A DNA stretch of 55,372 nucleotides, filler included, from Sluysia triapertura (Eukaryota): NCBI GenBank assembly GCA_046118255.1. It is 4 parts of 4 records of this genome, joined end to end, with 100 filler letters (N's around TTAATTAATTAA, not from the genome) between each part and the next. Parts side by side here need not be neighbours in the genome. Positions count along the whole stretch, not along the records: positions 1 to 12,841 come from JBJNIA010078600.1; positions 12,942 to 25,911 come from JBJNIA010068177.1; 2 more parts are not named here. One strand, 5' to 3'. Below, in pieces: positions 12,791-23,582 of the stretch; the first letter of the stretch is position 1; the number at the start of each line of letters is the position of its first letter. A program made the position numbers and the translations under genes. The notes under the pieces were generated by a model. The model saw only the letters and a list, made by a program, of their open reading frames with translations, searched no databases and was not told the origin of the DNA.

Positions 12791-12841
<51 letters not shown>
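12347..12841 (-). CDS. Protocadherin-like gene, exon encoding EC1 and start of EC2 (5'-truncated at contig end)
   Basis: IVDINDHTPEF, VAEN and LPRATDAD motifs; Cys-containing EC1; donor GTAAGT at 12346-12341; frame is open to the contig end through an (AAT)16 run. Confidence 0.9.
12793..12841. repeat. (ATT)16 microsatellite, in frame as poly-Asn in the cadherin exon
   Basis: Read directly; runs into the assembly gap. Confidence 0.95.
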
Positions 12842-12941
12842 NNNNNNNNNNNNNNNNNNNNNNNNNNNNNNNNNNNNNNNNNNNNTTAATTAATTAANNN
12901 NNNNNNNNNNNNNNNNNNNNNNNNNNNNNNNNNNNNNNNNN
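12842..12941. other. Artificial contig linker (N44-TTAATTAATTAA-N44)
   Basis: Six-frame stop 12-mer centred in exactly 100 bp; identical at three places. Confidence 0.97.
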
Positions 12942-13289
12942 GTAAATCGATTGACGTAGGCGGACCCAAAATCTAAAGTTATTATTTTTATAATTGTTCG
13001 AAAAGTTAAGAGAAAACCGAACACATCTAAATATTATTTCAGTTATAACATCTAGCATTCACACATCATCAAATATATTTAATTTTTAGTAGATTTAAAT
13101 ATGTTGAGAATATTTTTAAAATTTAAAAGACAGATCATATATAAAGCTTTTAAAAGATAAAAGGATTATGTACTTAGTAATAATAATAACATTTTTGTTG
13201 TTATTATTACTATTACCATTTTAAATTTTATTATTATTTATTATTAATTCAATTTATCAACGATAGACGAATAATTACCTGGGTAGCTG

Positions 13290-13350
13290 CCATCATCAAC
13301 AGTGACATTTTTGATTTACAGTTATAATTTAATATCACTGTTGTTGATGG
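13290..13350. repeat. Inverted-repeat hairpin, family shared with 39991-40050
   Basis: CCATCATCAACAGTGA pairs with TCACTGTTGTTGATGG with one mismatch. Confidence 0.7.
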
Positions 13351-13621
13351 TTGTCGTCACAGTGTAATTTGGTCATTATACATTTTGTCGTTAATTTGTA
13401 TGTTTCTATTGGCCTTTCAACGCTTCTGGTTGGATGACCAATCAATAATTACTTCATCACAAATTTTCATACTAAAAAATAATGGTAAAAGATGTTAATG
13501 AACAACAATAATTACTTTATTTTTAATTCACGTTTACGGAAAAATAACGTTCAAAATAATTTAACTACAATTTTCATTCACAAAAAATAATCTGGAATTT
13601 TTTAACAAATTTCTACAGAGT

Positions 13622-14093
13622 ATTATATTTAATCTTCCTTATGCTCGTTGCGTATTTATTGAAAAGATCGATATAGATGTCTTTGGTATAGTATGTAAAG
13701 TGAAGGATAAATTTAATTTAGAATATTATGCAATTATAAAAATTCGAAATTCGTTTAAAAGTAAAATAACTTTAATTAGAAGTATACGTGAGATAAAAAC
13801 TATTAAACATTTCAACCATCCAAACAATATTAATATTACTGATATATTACTGATATAAATTTAAATGAAACACCTGATGTCTACGTAATATTTAATGTAA
13901 TGGAAACAGATTTATATCGTACAATAAACAAGAACTTTCTGACGATCGTATTCATTATTTTATGTATCAAATATTTTGTGGTCTTAATTACATTCATTCG
14001 TCTGCAATGATGTATAAAGACTTGAAACCTGCTAATACTCTTACAAATAGTAATTGCCTGATAAAGATAGCTGATTTTGGAATGGCAAGGTCA
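13622..14093 (+). pseudogene. MAPK7: MAPK7/ERK5-like MAP kinase pseudogene fragment (subdomains I-VII)
   Basis: RSIREIKTIKHFNHPN, DVYVIFNVMETDL, YFMYQIFCGLNYIHS, KDLKPAN and KIADFGMAR motifs. Two frameshifts (one at an 11-bp duplication, 13834-13855); Gly loop degraded to IDIDVFG; HRD changed to YKD; no TxY activation loop found. KHF.H and DFGMAR favour the ERK5 subfamily. Confidence 0.8.
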
Positions 14094-15059
14094 GATGAAC
14101 AAATAAATCCAATACGGATTTCTATTTCAAATGCTAATTATGCATTTCAAGATGTTCTAAAGGTGATAGGCAAATTTCGACAATTAAATATGTTATTACG
14201 TAACAATCCTATTTATAATGTTGATGTGCGAATTAAGGAACATATGTTTTTAGTAAGCTTGGAAACCTTCCAAGAAGTTATTTACATGTTAACAGAAAAA
14301 GGTACAACGTATGTAGAATCAAATTGATAAAGTCTTGTCGAGATGAACAATTAGAGAACGATGATCATAATGTTGCAGTTAGTTATGGGTTTAATAATAA
14401 TTTTGAATATTTAATGCTGGAATCGCTTCATGTATTAGTGGTACGTTTATTTAATTTGACTCTTTGTTTATCAATTAAATTAAACTGTTATACAAGAATA
14501 AAAGTTTCACTCTGAAAAATCATGTTTCACTTAATGTAGATTTGATTTATAAATGAAAAATTACTTCTAAAACTTTTAAAAGACATATTCAAAATATTAA
14601 TGATTTTTTACACCATTTATCCTCAGTGAAATGACCTCAGACAACGTTACTTGTATGGTGGAACAAATCATAATAATTTGTTCTGATAATGTTTTTAACC
14701 ATGAAGAAAAATTTTATAAAATTAATTTAAATGTTTTAGTTTCGGCTCTTTATGATCTATTTGAATTACTCAATGAACTTAAAGTAATTAATTTTTGTAC
14801 TGATGTTAACGACATTATATTTTTTTATTTTCTTTTAGGTAGCGAAATGTAAGGCATAAGTGGCACATCATTGGAGACAGTATATCTATCAATCATATTT
14901 ACATTAAATAAAATTTTATGCAATTTTTGTATATTTTATTGTGATATACAGTTTAAAAATAAATTTCAAATATTTTCATTCTTTTTTTAATTATAATAGA
15001 AAGTTAAATTGTATTAAAATAATGATAAAACATTTAACAATGATAAAACTTAACATTGT

Positions 15060-15650
15060 TTGGTTAAGTTTTCGACGCGCAGAAAGAGATTTTTTGTTTC
15101 TGTATTTGTTGCAGTAAATTTTTGGTTACTGGAAAAAATCATTCTTACTATTCTTATTCCATACTGAAATAATGTTATCGGCAATTTTGGCTAGTTCGTA
15201 GATTTTAGTATTTTGAGTTTCAACGAGTATACCTTGAACTGTGAGAAGCATAGTATCGAGAAAAATAAAATGATTTTATATTTTAATAGTATTTTATTAT
15301 TATTATTAATGACCAACAGAAAAAGGATATATTAAGTCGATTTTATAACTTTTACGAGTCTACAATAGTTAGAAATTAAACTTACTATTTGATTACAAAA
15401 TATAATATTTGATTTCTGCAACTGTCTGATGCGAGTTTACTGGAATATTTTCATAGAAGTATACTAATGCGAACAGTTCAAACCAATTTGTGTGAAATAT
15501 AATAGTATTTTCAACTTGTCTAACAATTGTGCATCAACTAACTAATTCGACTAATTTTCAGTATCGTAGAATAAAATTGTGAAAACAACTTATGTAGATT
15601 GATCTTCGTATGGTAAAATGGTGTGACTAACTTGTGCTTTATATCATCAA
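15060..15650 (-). mobile_element. Decayed Ty3/gypsy gag remnant
   Basis: Fragments KLVTPFY, EKYYYISHKL and LLTVQGILVETQNTKIYELAKIADNII occur in the order of gag motifs KLPPFW / TKFYYVV / LP..VQ.IL...L..LA..ADKI; many stops. Confidence 0.4.
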
Positions 15651-16689
15651 ATAGTAATTGTAACTATTTTCAAAATTCTATTTATAATGCAATGGCTATA
15701 AAGAGCCATATTAATAAATATTAATTCGTTTAAACATACGTTTTCTAGAAGATTCCTTTGGGAATTAATTTTAAAATAATTAAGTATTTTTTAATTTCAA
15801 TGTAACTGTAATTATAATTTTTTAAAATAATAATTTTAATAATTTTTGTAATATTTATAATATTTTATAATTTTACACAAAACATAAAAAATACATAAAA
15901 TATAAAATAATATAAATAATAAAACATAAACAAATTTTATACAAATATAGTAATAAAATATAAATAGATTTTATACAACCTTACAATGTTAATGTCACAG
16001 TGATTTGATAATAAGGAATTAATGTTAATGTAAAAGTTAAAGGGATTTAGTAATGATGAATTAAAGTTAATGTGAGTATGTACAATTAACAAATTGTCAA
16101 TATGTTGGGATTGCCCAATTGTAGATCAGGAGATGAATGAGAAACATATAGAACAATAAAATGAAGGAAGAACTGATACAACATTATAAACACTGTTGTA
16201 TCATGAAAATGAAAACATCTAAAATAATGTTAACAGCTAAAGAATATCTTAGAGTTCGAAAGACCTATATAAGGGTTTGAGACCTTATGGAAGCTTGATA
16301 TAGACTTGGAAAACCTTCAGAAACATTAAGGCACCTTTGAACTTGTAAACCTTTAGATCATTTATGACCTTTATTAACATTTAAGTATTCTTGAAACATC
16401 GATAAGCAGTTGAAATCCTTTAGTAACCTTATAAAGTATTTAAAATCTTTAAAATCTTTAAAAAAAATCATTGTTAGTATTAAGGATAAGTATAGTACGG
16501 TGATAATTAACATAAAGAAGTAAGATAAGGAATCAGAGGGGTTAAGGTGAAAACATATAGAACCTCCTGAATGCCTTATTAACTAATAAATAACTTTAAA
16601 ATCTTAATAAAACCTTTAAACATAAAATAAGATTAAGTCTAAAAATAGATTAGTTAATTAAAATTTTAATTAACTTAATTAAGAGAAAA

Positions 16690-18119
16690 TACGTTTTCGT
16701 GAATAAATTTTGAATTAGGAATGCTATGCTAAATTCAAAACTGTGTATGTATTTGTTTTGACCAAGTTCATGCAAGGATAGCCTTAATATTGAACAAATT
16801 CAAATTTGAATTAATTCTTAATTATGGAATTTTGAATTTTTATACTTAGAATGATATAAATATAATGAAGTGAATATGAGATAATTGCTCTGAAAGAAGA
16901 GAATCTATAAATGAGTTCGAAGTGTTTGTTTGAGAATAAGAACCTTAAACATTTTTCATAAGAAAATTTGGTGCGAAAAATTGAAAATCAATTAAATTCT
17001 AAAAAGTGAAATTAAATTCATTATTTTTAAGCATGTTAACAATATTTTTGATTGTTATTTTAATGTGAGAAGTAATTTAAATAAAAATAGATTGAGTGGA
17101 ATAAAAGAAAATGATGGTTGATAATAAATCAAATTTTTGTGTTTGCACCTAATGAAGTTTGACAGAACGTACCATGTAATTGTCAAAGTTGTTATTGTCG
17201 GTCTAATGCTCAAAGAAATTTTGATGATGTATGTGAGAAAGTGTTTGATTGTGAAACCTAGGATTGATTGGATGACAGAGTATAAAATGAAAACTTAAAA
17301 AATTTTACAAACAACAAGAAAACACAAGCGCATAATTAAGTTAGAAGATCCATGTTTGGGTGAGTTTTAATTTATTTATTTTTGTTTAATATTATTTTAA
17401 TTTTATTAGAAAAATTAACTTTTGAGGGAATTTTTATTTAACTTTGCTTTATTAAATTTTACTATTGTTATTAAAATAAAACTTTGGGCGAAACTTTAGT
17501 TATTTTTGGCAAAATAAAATTTTTCGGGGAAATTTTCTTTTTTCTTTACATATTGATAAATTGATTTTTGGGAGACTCCATGCCTAAATAATTTTAAAAT
17601 ACTTTAAGCTAGTTATTTGATTATTATTTCATCTTTGATTTTAAGTTATCGATATATTAATTTTTTGGAGGCTTCCTGCCGGATGATTTTATAACTTTCT
17701 TTGATTAAGATCGAATAAAATTATTCTAAAATATATAAGTAATGTTGTTGTTTTCAATTTTTTAGATATTGATATTTTAATTTTTCTTGCATTACCTCTG
17801 GTTTTTTGAATACATTATTGTGTGCTTAATATCGTTAAAAAATATTCTTAATTTTGAGATTAGTTAATTTACTTTAATTTAATTTAATTTAGTTAATTTA
17901 CTTATATTATTGTACTTGATTTTTGTGCTTATTATTGCATTGTTATTAATTTGAAAATAAGAACGTAATTTTTGAGTTGAATAAATATCATTATTAAAAT
18001 AAGAAAGTTTGTGTAAAGTTTCACTTGATCTAATGAATATTTAGATTATGTGAGATTCTATCTAGATAAATTAAATTTTATATTGGTCTATTATTACTAT
18101 CAATTTCAAAGACGCAACA
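16690..18119 (-). mobile_element. Dispersed repeat family A, LTR-like, copy 1
   Basis: Collinear similarity to 26015-27173; similarity stops at AAAGACGCAACA (TGTTG... on the minus strand, a typical LTR start); the gag remnant lies downstream on the minus strand. Confidence 0.6.
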
Positions 18120-18186
18120 AACATAGATGTTCTTTATACTGTGAGAAAAGTAAAGTAAATATAATAGAATAAAAACTTAACTTACA

Positions 18187-18238
18187 GTGAGTTCACCAAC
18201 CTACTGGGCTTACCAGTTAGGGCCAGCCGTTGGATTTT
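18187..18238 (+). repeat. Dispersed structured repeat, copy 2
   Basis: GTGAGTTCA-CCAACCTAC-TGGGCTTAC...GGCCAGCCGTTGGATTT; stem differences from copy 1 convert Watson-Crick pairs to G-U. Confidence 0.7.
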
Positions 18239-18768
18239 ATAAATCAAGATAAAGTCTCAAAAATATACTAATAAAACCTTAATGCTTAGTTCTATCTGGA
18301 AGTAAGCTTATTATTGTCTATTATAATGCTGAGATTCTTTAATAATTTTCAAATTGAGGTTCTCTGTTAATGGAAGTTAACTTGAAGGCTTTATGTCGTT
18401 AAGGATTGCTGAAAACTTTGGTTATCAACAGTATAAATGAAAATTGAAATTTATTTAATGATTTTTCTTAGATCTATTGAATCTACACGAAAAAGGTGCG
18501 TGATAAAAGGTTCGTTGATTTCAATTTTCAGAATATTCGGAGTTAGGTTAGGTTTTAGAAATGTTAAAGGTGATTCATTCTGGCTACAATAAAAGAAGAA
18601 ATATTATTTATGATTTTTGCATGTAGAGTTGATATGGTACAAAATTCTGAATGAAAATAACACACATAAAGAGAAGTGAAAAGGTACATGAAAATATATA
18701 AGATAATACGTTAGTTTAATTTTTATGTCAAAAAATTTTTAATTTTAGTTACTATATCTTATATGAAT

Positions 18769-19170
18769 TTATGAATAAAAAGAATCCTTAATTATGATTT
18801 TTCTTGATAAATGTTTTGATCTTTTGTATAGGCCCGCTCTTTTGTAGAAGCGTCTTAATTGACGACGTCTATTGTGTTTCTGGGATTTTGAAAACTCAGA
18901 AGAAACATTTGGATGCGGTACAGTTAATGAATGCTTATTATTTTTCTTAAAATGTTCTGGATAATTAATTATGACTTCTTGAACCTCTGTATATTGATTA
19001 TAAGGATATTGTGGAATTTTTTCTAAAGTATATGTAAATTGATATTTTCCTTTATAATAAAAAGTATAACTTTCCTTTACTGGTGTTCTGCACAAAGGGC
19101 CGTTCATATATTCTGTGAAAGTGCAGTGAAATAGATTAATAATGCATTTAAATGAAATTTGTGAAAGCAA
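18769..19170 (-). CDS. Hypothetical 133-aa protein with basic C-terminus
   Basis: ORF track (TTG start); Arg/Lys-rich tail KHNRRRQLRRFYKR; same strand as the adjacent cluster. Confidence 0.35.
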   Translation of the reverse strand: MLSQISFKCIINLFHCTFTEYMNGPLCRTPVKESYTFYYKGKYQFTYTLEKIPQYPYNQYTEVQEVIINYPEHFKKNNKHSLTVPHPNVSSEFSKSQKHNRRRQLRRFYKRAGLYKRSKHLSRKIIIKDSFYS

Positions 19171-19782
19171 GGATATGTTTTTATGAAGTGTTTATGAATG
19201 GAATGTTGACATATTGGACATAGATGGAAATACATTAAAAAAGAAGATAAAATTATAATAAGGTAATAATATTTTAAAGTTAATTAATTAATTAATTAAA
19301 GTACTAAGTTATGATCCTAATTTAAATGCACGCTAAAAACTACGAAAGATATTAAACAATATTTTTTGTAAAGGTAGGTGACCGGTTGGACAGAAATAAA
19401 ACCGTCAACATCGATTACTTGTAACTTTTCTATATATACTGTTTAATCCTATATTTTAATTGTATGTGTCATTCTACGAGGTATTCTTATATACATTTTA
19501 TGGCTTCAGTCGCAAGATTGACTACAAGCAAAGCATAAAGCATGAACATGATAATCAAAGATGAATGTTGATTTTAAACTCTTTAATGTCATTATTGTGT
19601 TAGGAGATTTTAAGATTAATTAAATTGATTTTAAAAATTTTTTCGATAGTTTAGTTGTATTCCTAGCTATTAATGTTGTTTTCTTAACTATTATTGACTT
19701 ACATTGTTCTTAGTGTTAGTAGTTTCCTTAATAATGGGTATAATAAAATTGTATGGTCGTGTGAGTGACCAGTCGTTTGCTT

Positions 19783-20313
19783 TTATTGATTCATTAGCAT
19801 TAAGTATCCAAGCGTATATAATTGAAAAGTTGACTCAGGATAGTAATTCAACGTAGTAGTGTGTTTCAGTGGAATTAATTCTGAAATAGTTTCTTTATCA
19901 GTTCCATATCTTATTATAATTGAGTTATTTGCTATGGGATTAACGCCATTATGGAACATTTCAACCATTTTATTGATTTTATCGTAGAATACATAATGCA
20001 TTATTGTAATCCAATAATAATGTGTATGTATTACTCGATTCATTAATTCCATTGTTATTTTGACCTGATATAATTGGGATTCAAATAAATCTTCACAAGT
20101 TACTGTCCAATATATTGAAGCTTTAATTGGTGTTGAGGAAGTAGTACAGAACTTATTGAAACAACAATTAATAGATAAGCTAACTAATTTCTCATCCCTT
20201 TGCTTAGCTACAACTACTATTACGTCGGTCTTGGCTTGAATAGTTATTTGTATATTATTGTAAAACAATTTCTTACTTAGCTTATTTATGGTTATATCAA
20301 ATGGATTAAACAA
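19783..20313 (-). CDS. Hypothetical protein of the virus-like cluster
   Basis: 176-codon open frame, in frame with and directly after the TAG at 20349-20347; no recognisable domain. Confidence 0.4.
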   Translation of the reverse strand: MFNPFDITINKLSKKLFYNNIQITIQAKTDVIVVVAKQRDEKLVSLSINCCFNKFCTTSSTPIKASIYWTVTCEDLFESQLYQVKITMELMNRVIHTHYYWITIMHYVFYDKINKMVEMFHNGVNPIANNSIIIRYGTDKETISELIPLKHTTTLNYYPESTFQLYTLGYLMLMNQ

Positions 20314-20346
20314 ATACAGAGCAATACCGATGATATTTGAAATCCA

Positions 20347-21345
20347 CTATAATGTGTAGGTAGTCTGTGTTGAATCAAATATTGGTGACGGCATTATTAG
20401 CGGTAATGGTGGTTCTGGAGGAGGGACATAAAATCTATTATTTCTTGGAATTGAATATTGATTATCATCGTCATTATTAGAATCAGTATTAGTGCACTTA
20501 CATTTATTCATAATGAACATCATGATCATTAGTAAAATTATTGACAATGCAATAACAAATAATGTAGCCGCGATTACTAAAATAGTTATTGACGGATCCT
20601 TTTTTAATGTATCTATAATTTAGTTGGTTCTCTGATTCCTGTATAGCAAAATGAAGTTGTTTAATGATCTTAGCTTGATGTTGAATGAATATTATTATAT
20701 ATCTATCTTCTGATAGTAAATAGTCTTTACATATTGTTACTGGATATTCCTTATTTTTGTTGGGGTAAAAAGGCCTAAATTGCCATTTGGTAAAATTGAC
20801 AATAATAAGATAAAATCGTTAGAAGGGCTGAAGCTCAGTGGTAGAGCATTCGAACTGCGTACGAGAGGTCCTGGTCAGTCCATTGTACGAAGTCCAACAT
20901 TTTGCAAAACATGTTTATGTAGTTCCCATATACTAAAATTTAGTGTTACTGGATTAATACGTATGTAATGTGCTTTAATATTCTTAGTTACCTTAATTTG
21001 CACTTCTGTATCGAAATTATAAAAATCCAAGTATTTCGATTTGTAAATTCTCTCTGATACGTCCGTAACTGATATTAATGTTAGTAAGGCAAGTAGCATC
21101 ATACCCGTTATCCTATTATTAATTCTTATAATTCTGTTACATGTGATTATGTAGTAAATAGTAAACAACATGTAAATTATGGTAAAGATTAAGAGCGCAA
21201 CTATAAAAATATTTTGTATTTCTAACTTATTTTTCATACTTATATTCTTACTTAATCCCGTGGTAATATTCGTATACTTATTCGTTGTAATAGGTAATAG
21301 TGTACTTATTGTTTTATTTATATCCTTTTTCTTAAAAATGTCCAT
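20347..21345 (-). pseudogene. Disrupted membrane protein(s), env-like topology
   Basis: Hydrophobic helix IFIVALLIFTIIYMLFTIYYII, signal-like MMLLALLTLISV, ectodomain broken by frame changes near 20875 and 20620, TM helix ITILVIAATLFVIALSIILLMIMMFIM, cytoplasmic tail with PPPEPPLP. Confidence 0.45.
20825..20882 (+). tRNA. tRNA-Ala(TGC)-like sequence lacking the T arm (pseudo-tRNA or tRNA-derived element)
   Basis: Acceptor stem GGGCTGA/TCAGTCC with G3-U and discriminator A; canonical D arm GCTC-AGTGGTA-GAGC; anticodon arm TTCG..CGAG with TGC at 20856-20858; variable loop AGGTC; no TTCRA loop or B box. Confidence 0.65.
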
Positions 21346-21746
21346 GAAGTCCCTTGTTACTTTTCAAAATTACGATTTTAATTTAGAGACCATCTACATG
21401 TTATCAAGACCTAGGATACGTCCGAAATTTTAAATAACGTGAATTTCTTAGTGCAACCACCAGAAGGAGAACTGTTTCAATATGTGTCAACAGAAGAGAT
21501 GGTTAATGAAAGTAAAGCATCCATGTTAATTTGTCAATTTCTTCTCCATGTTTTCTCAGAAATTGAGTCGTCAGCGATACATGATCTTAAAGATATTAAA
21601 ATATGCTATATTAAAAAAGTTGTTAATGCTATTATCGAATATATTTGTGTTAATTGTTACTTTGCTTTGTGTAATTTGTCACTACTATAAGGACCTTAAG
21701 TCCATTTTCCTTAATTATAAATTCATAGTTTTTAATTTTAAAATTT

Positions 21747-22990
21747 TTAATTATAATATAACCCGGCCATCACATCCATCTGTAAACTTAATTCTGAATT
21801 CAATAAGTCATTTAAATCTTCATTTAAATCTTTGCCATGAGTCATATTTGATAAAAATTCTTCAACTTTTTGATCAATTTCCTTAGTTTTAGTTTCTGGA
21901 GTATTTATTTTATCAATAGCAGCTATTATTATTGATTCCATCCTTCTGTTTCTATCACTTCTGTGGCACTGTAATGAGCATCTTCTTCAACTATTTCCAT
22001 TTCTTCATGGTCTGTTTCTTTATTAAAGATATTTTCTATATCTGTTTCTACTTTTTGATCACAATTTAGTTCTAAGTTATTTAGTTGATTTTCTTCCTGC
22101 TTTATTTCTTCCGTTGATTCTTCTTCTATTTCATCATTACTTTGTATTTCTTCATCAACTTGCTTATTTAATTCCGGCTTCTTTGTCTTTCCTTTCCATT
22201 TGTCAATAAATTCTCGAATTCTTTTTTATTTTGTCTTCCTTTATCGCTTCCTTTATCTCCTTTATTTGTTCAATACTTTCTTCTGAAGGATGTTCTAATA
22301 ATTCCCGAATTCTAACCTAAATTGGTTGGATGGTTAATCTATTTTCTTCTTTTTCTCGTTCTTCCCCTCTCTGTTTATCTTTTTGAAATTCTAAATACTG
22401 TCATGCATGTAACTCATAAAGATTTCCTCTTCTTGTTTATTTTTAAATCTGTTCTTGTCGCAATCCAATCCAGTAATATAGAATTCTCATAGAATTGCAT
22501 TCTTTTCTTCATCTGAAATTAACTTAAGGTATTTATCATCTTCTTCATCACTACTCATCCCTCTTCTTCTTGGTTGTCTTCTGATACTATTTCTTTCTTC
22601 TTTATACTGATGTACTTCATCTTCATATTCATAATCTTTTTAGCTTCTATAATTACAATTTACCTTTCCCTTATTATTCTTATTCTTATTATCATTAAAC
22701 CTTACCTTCCTATTCGGGCTTTGGTATCGTCCTCTTACCTTATTAAAATCCTGAGTAAATACATTTTGTTTTAACTTCCTACAATCTCTTGCATAATTCC
22801 CCTTTTTATTACAGTTGCCACGGATTAATTCTCCATCTATATTAGTTTGAGTCTTATTATTATATTCATATCTTTTATTCCTATTAAAATTAGAGCTTGG
22901 TGGCCATCTCCGTGCTGGTCTTTGTTCATAATTAGAAGCACCATAGTTACTTGTTCTTGTGTGGAGGGCAATAAATATTTGGACTTACAA
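21747..22990 (-). pseudogene. Gag-like ORF remnant with degenerate CCHC zinc knuckle and long E/K-rich tail
   Basis: RGNCNKKGNYARDC at 22822-22781 is CX2CX4HX4C with two single-base changes (TGT>CGT, CAT>AAT), flanked by N/R-rich nucleocapsid-like sequence; continues through stops and frameshifts as a charged region. Confidence 0.6.
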
Positions 22991-23582
22991 GTTCTAGTTT
23001 TATTTTTATTCATTTTTACTTTTTTTCGAAAATTATTTGAAACATCAATTAAACAAAAATACTGAAACTTTGATCTAATTATATGTAACAAAATAGACGT
23101 AAGGCCTGAAACAACTAAAGAATTTAAAACATTAACAAAATTTGCTGTTTTATTATTTAAAAAAGATAAGATCAAACGAAACAAGTAAATAGTAAACGAT
23201 AACAAATAAATCATGTTTTTTTGTATAACCGCTAGAATGTCTTCGAGAATTTTCAATAATTTCAATGAACGATGATGTGATATTATTTCATGAATTGTTC
23301 GGAATGGTGCCATGAATCATGTAAACAGATTTGTACATTCAATACGTAACATGTCAATGCCATGATGTTGACTAATTGTCATAATTATACACAACAAAAT
23401 TGATAATTCAATTTGTAAAGATTTGAAAGAAACAGCCAATTTTTAAAATAGTAACTCTGAATAACTATAATTAGAAATTTTAAATACTCATAACTGAACA
23501 TACTTCTTTCTACTATAAATATAATTATCACTTCTTGATGATTTCAATATAGATTTAGTTAATTCACATGTTGATGTGCTTC

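Noticed and set aside
12886-12897. TTAATTAATTAA as a biological motif
   Set aside because: Centred in identical N blocks three times; an assembly spacer.
18187-18238. Known ribozyme (HDV-like, pistol, hammerhead)
   Set aside because: No room for the HDV P3 helix and no hammerhead CUGANGA/GAAA core; the resemblance of GTTAGGGCCA to pistol is absent from copy 1.
18544-18554. TTAGG telomeric repeat
   Set aside because: Only two units; expected by chance.
22555-22558. ATGA stop-start coupling after the gag knuckle
   Set aside because: Frame counting shows the ATG at 22558 is in frame with the gag remnant, so there is no overlap.
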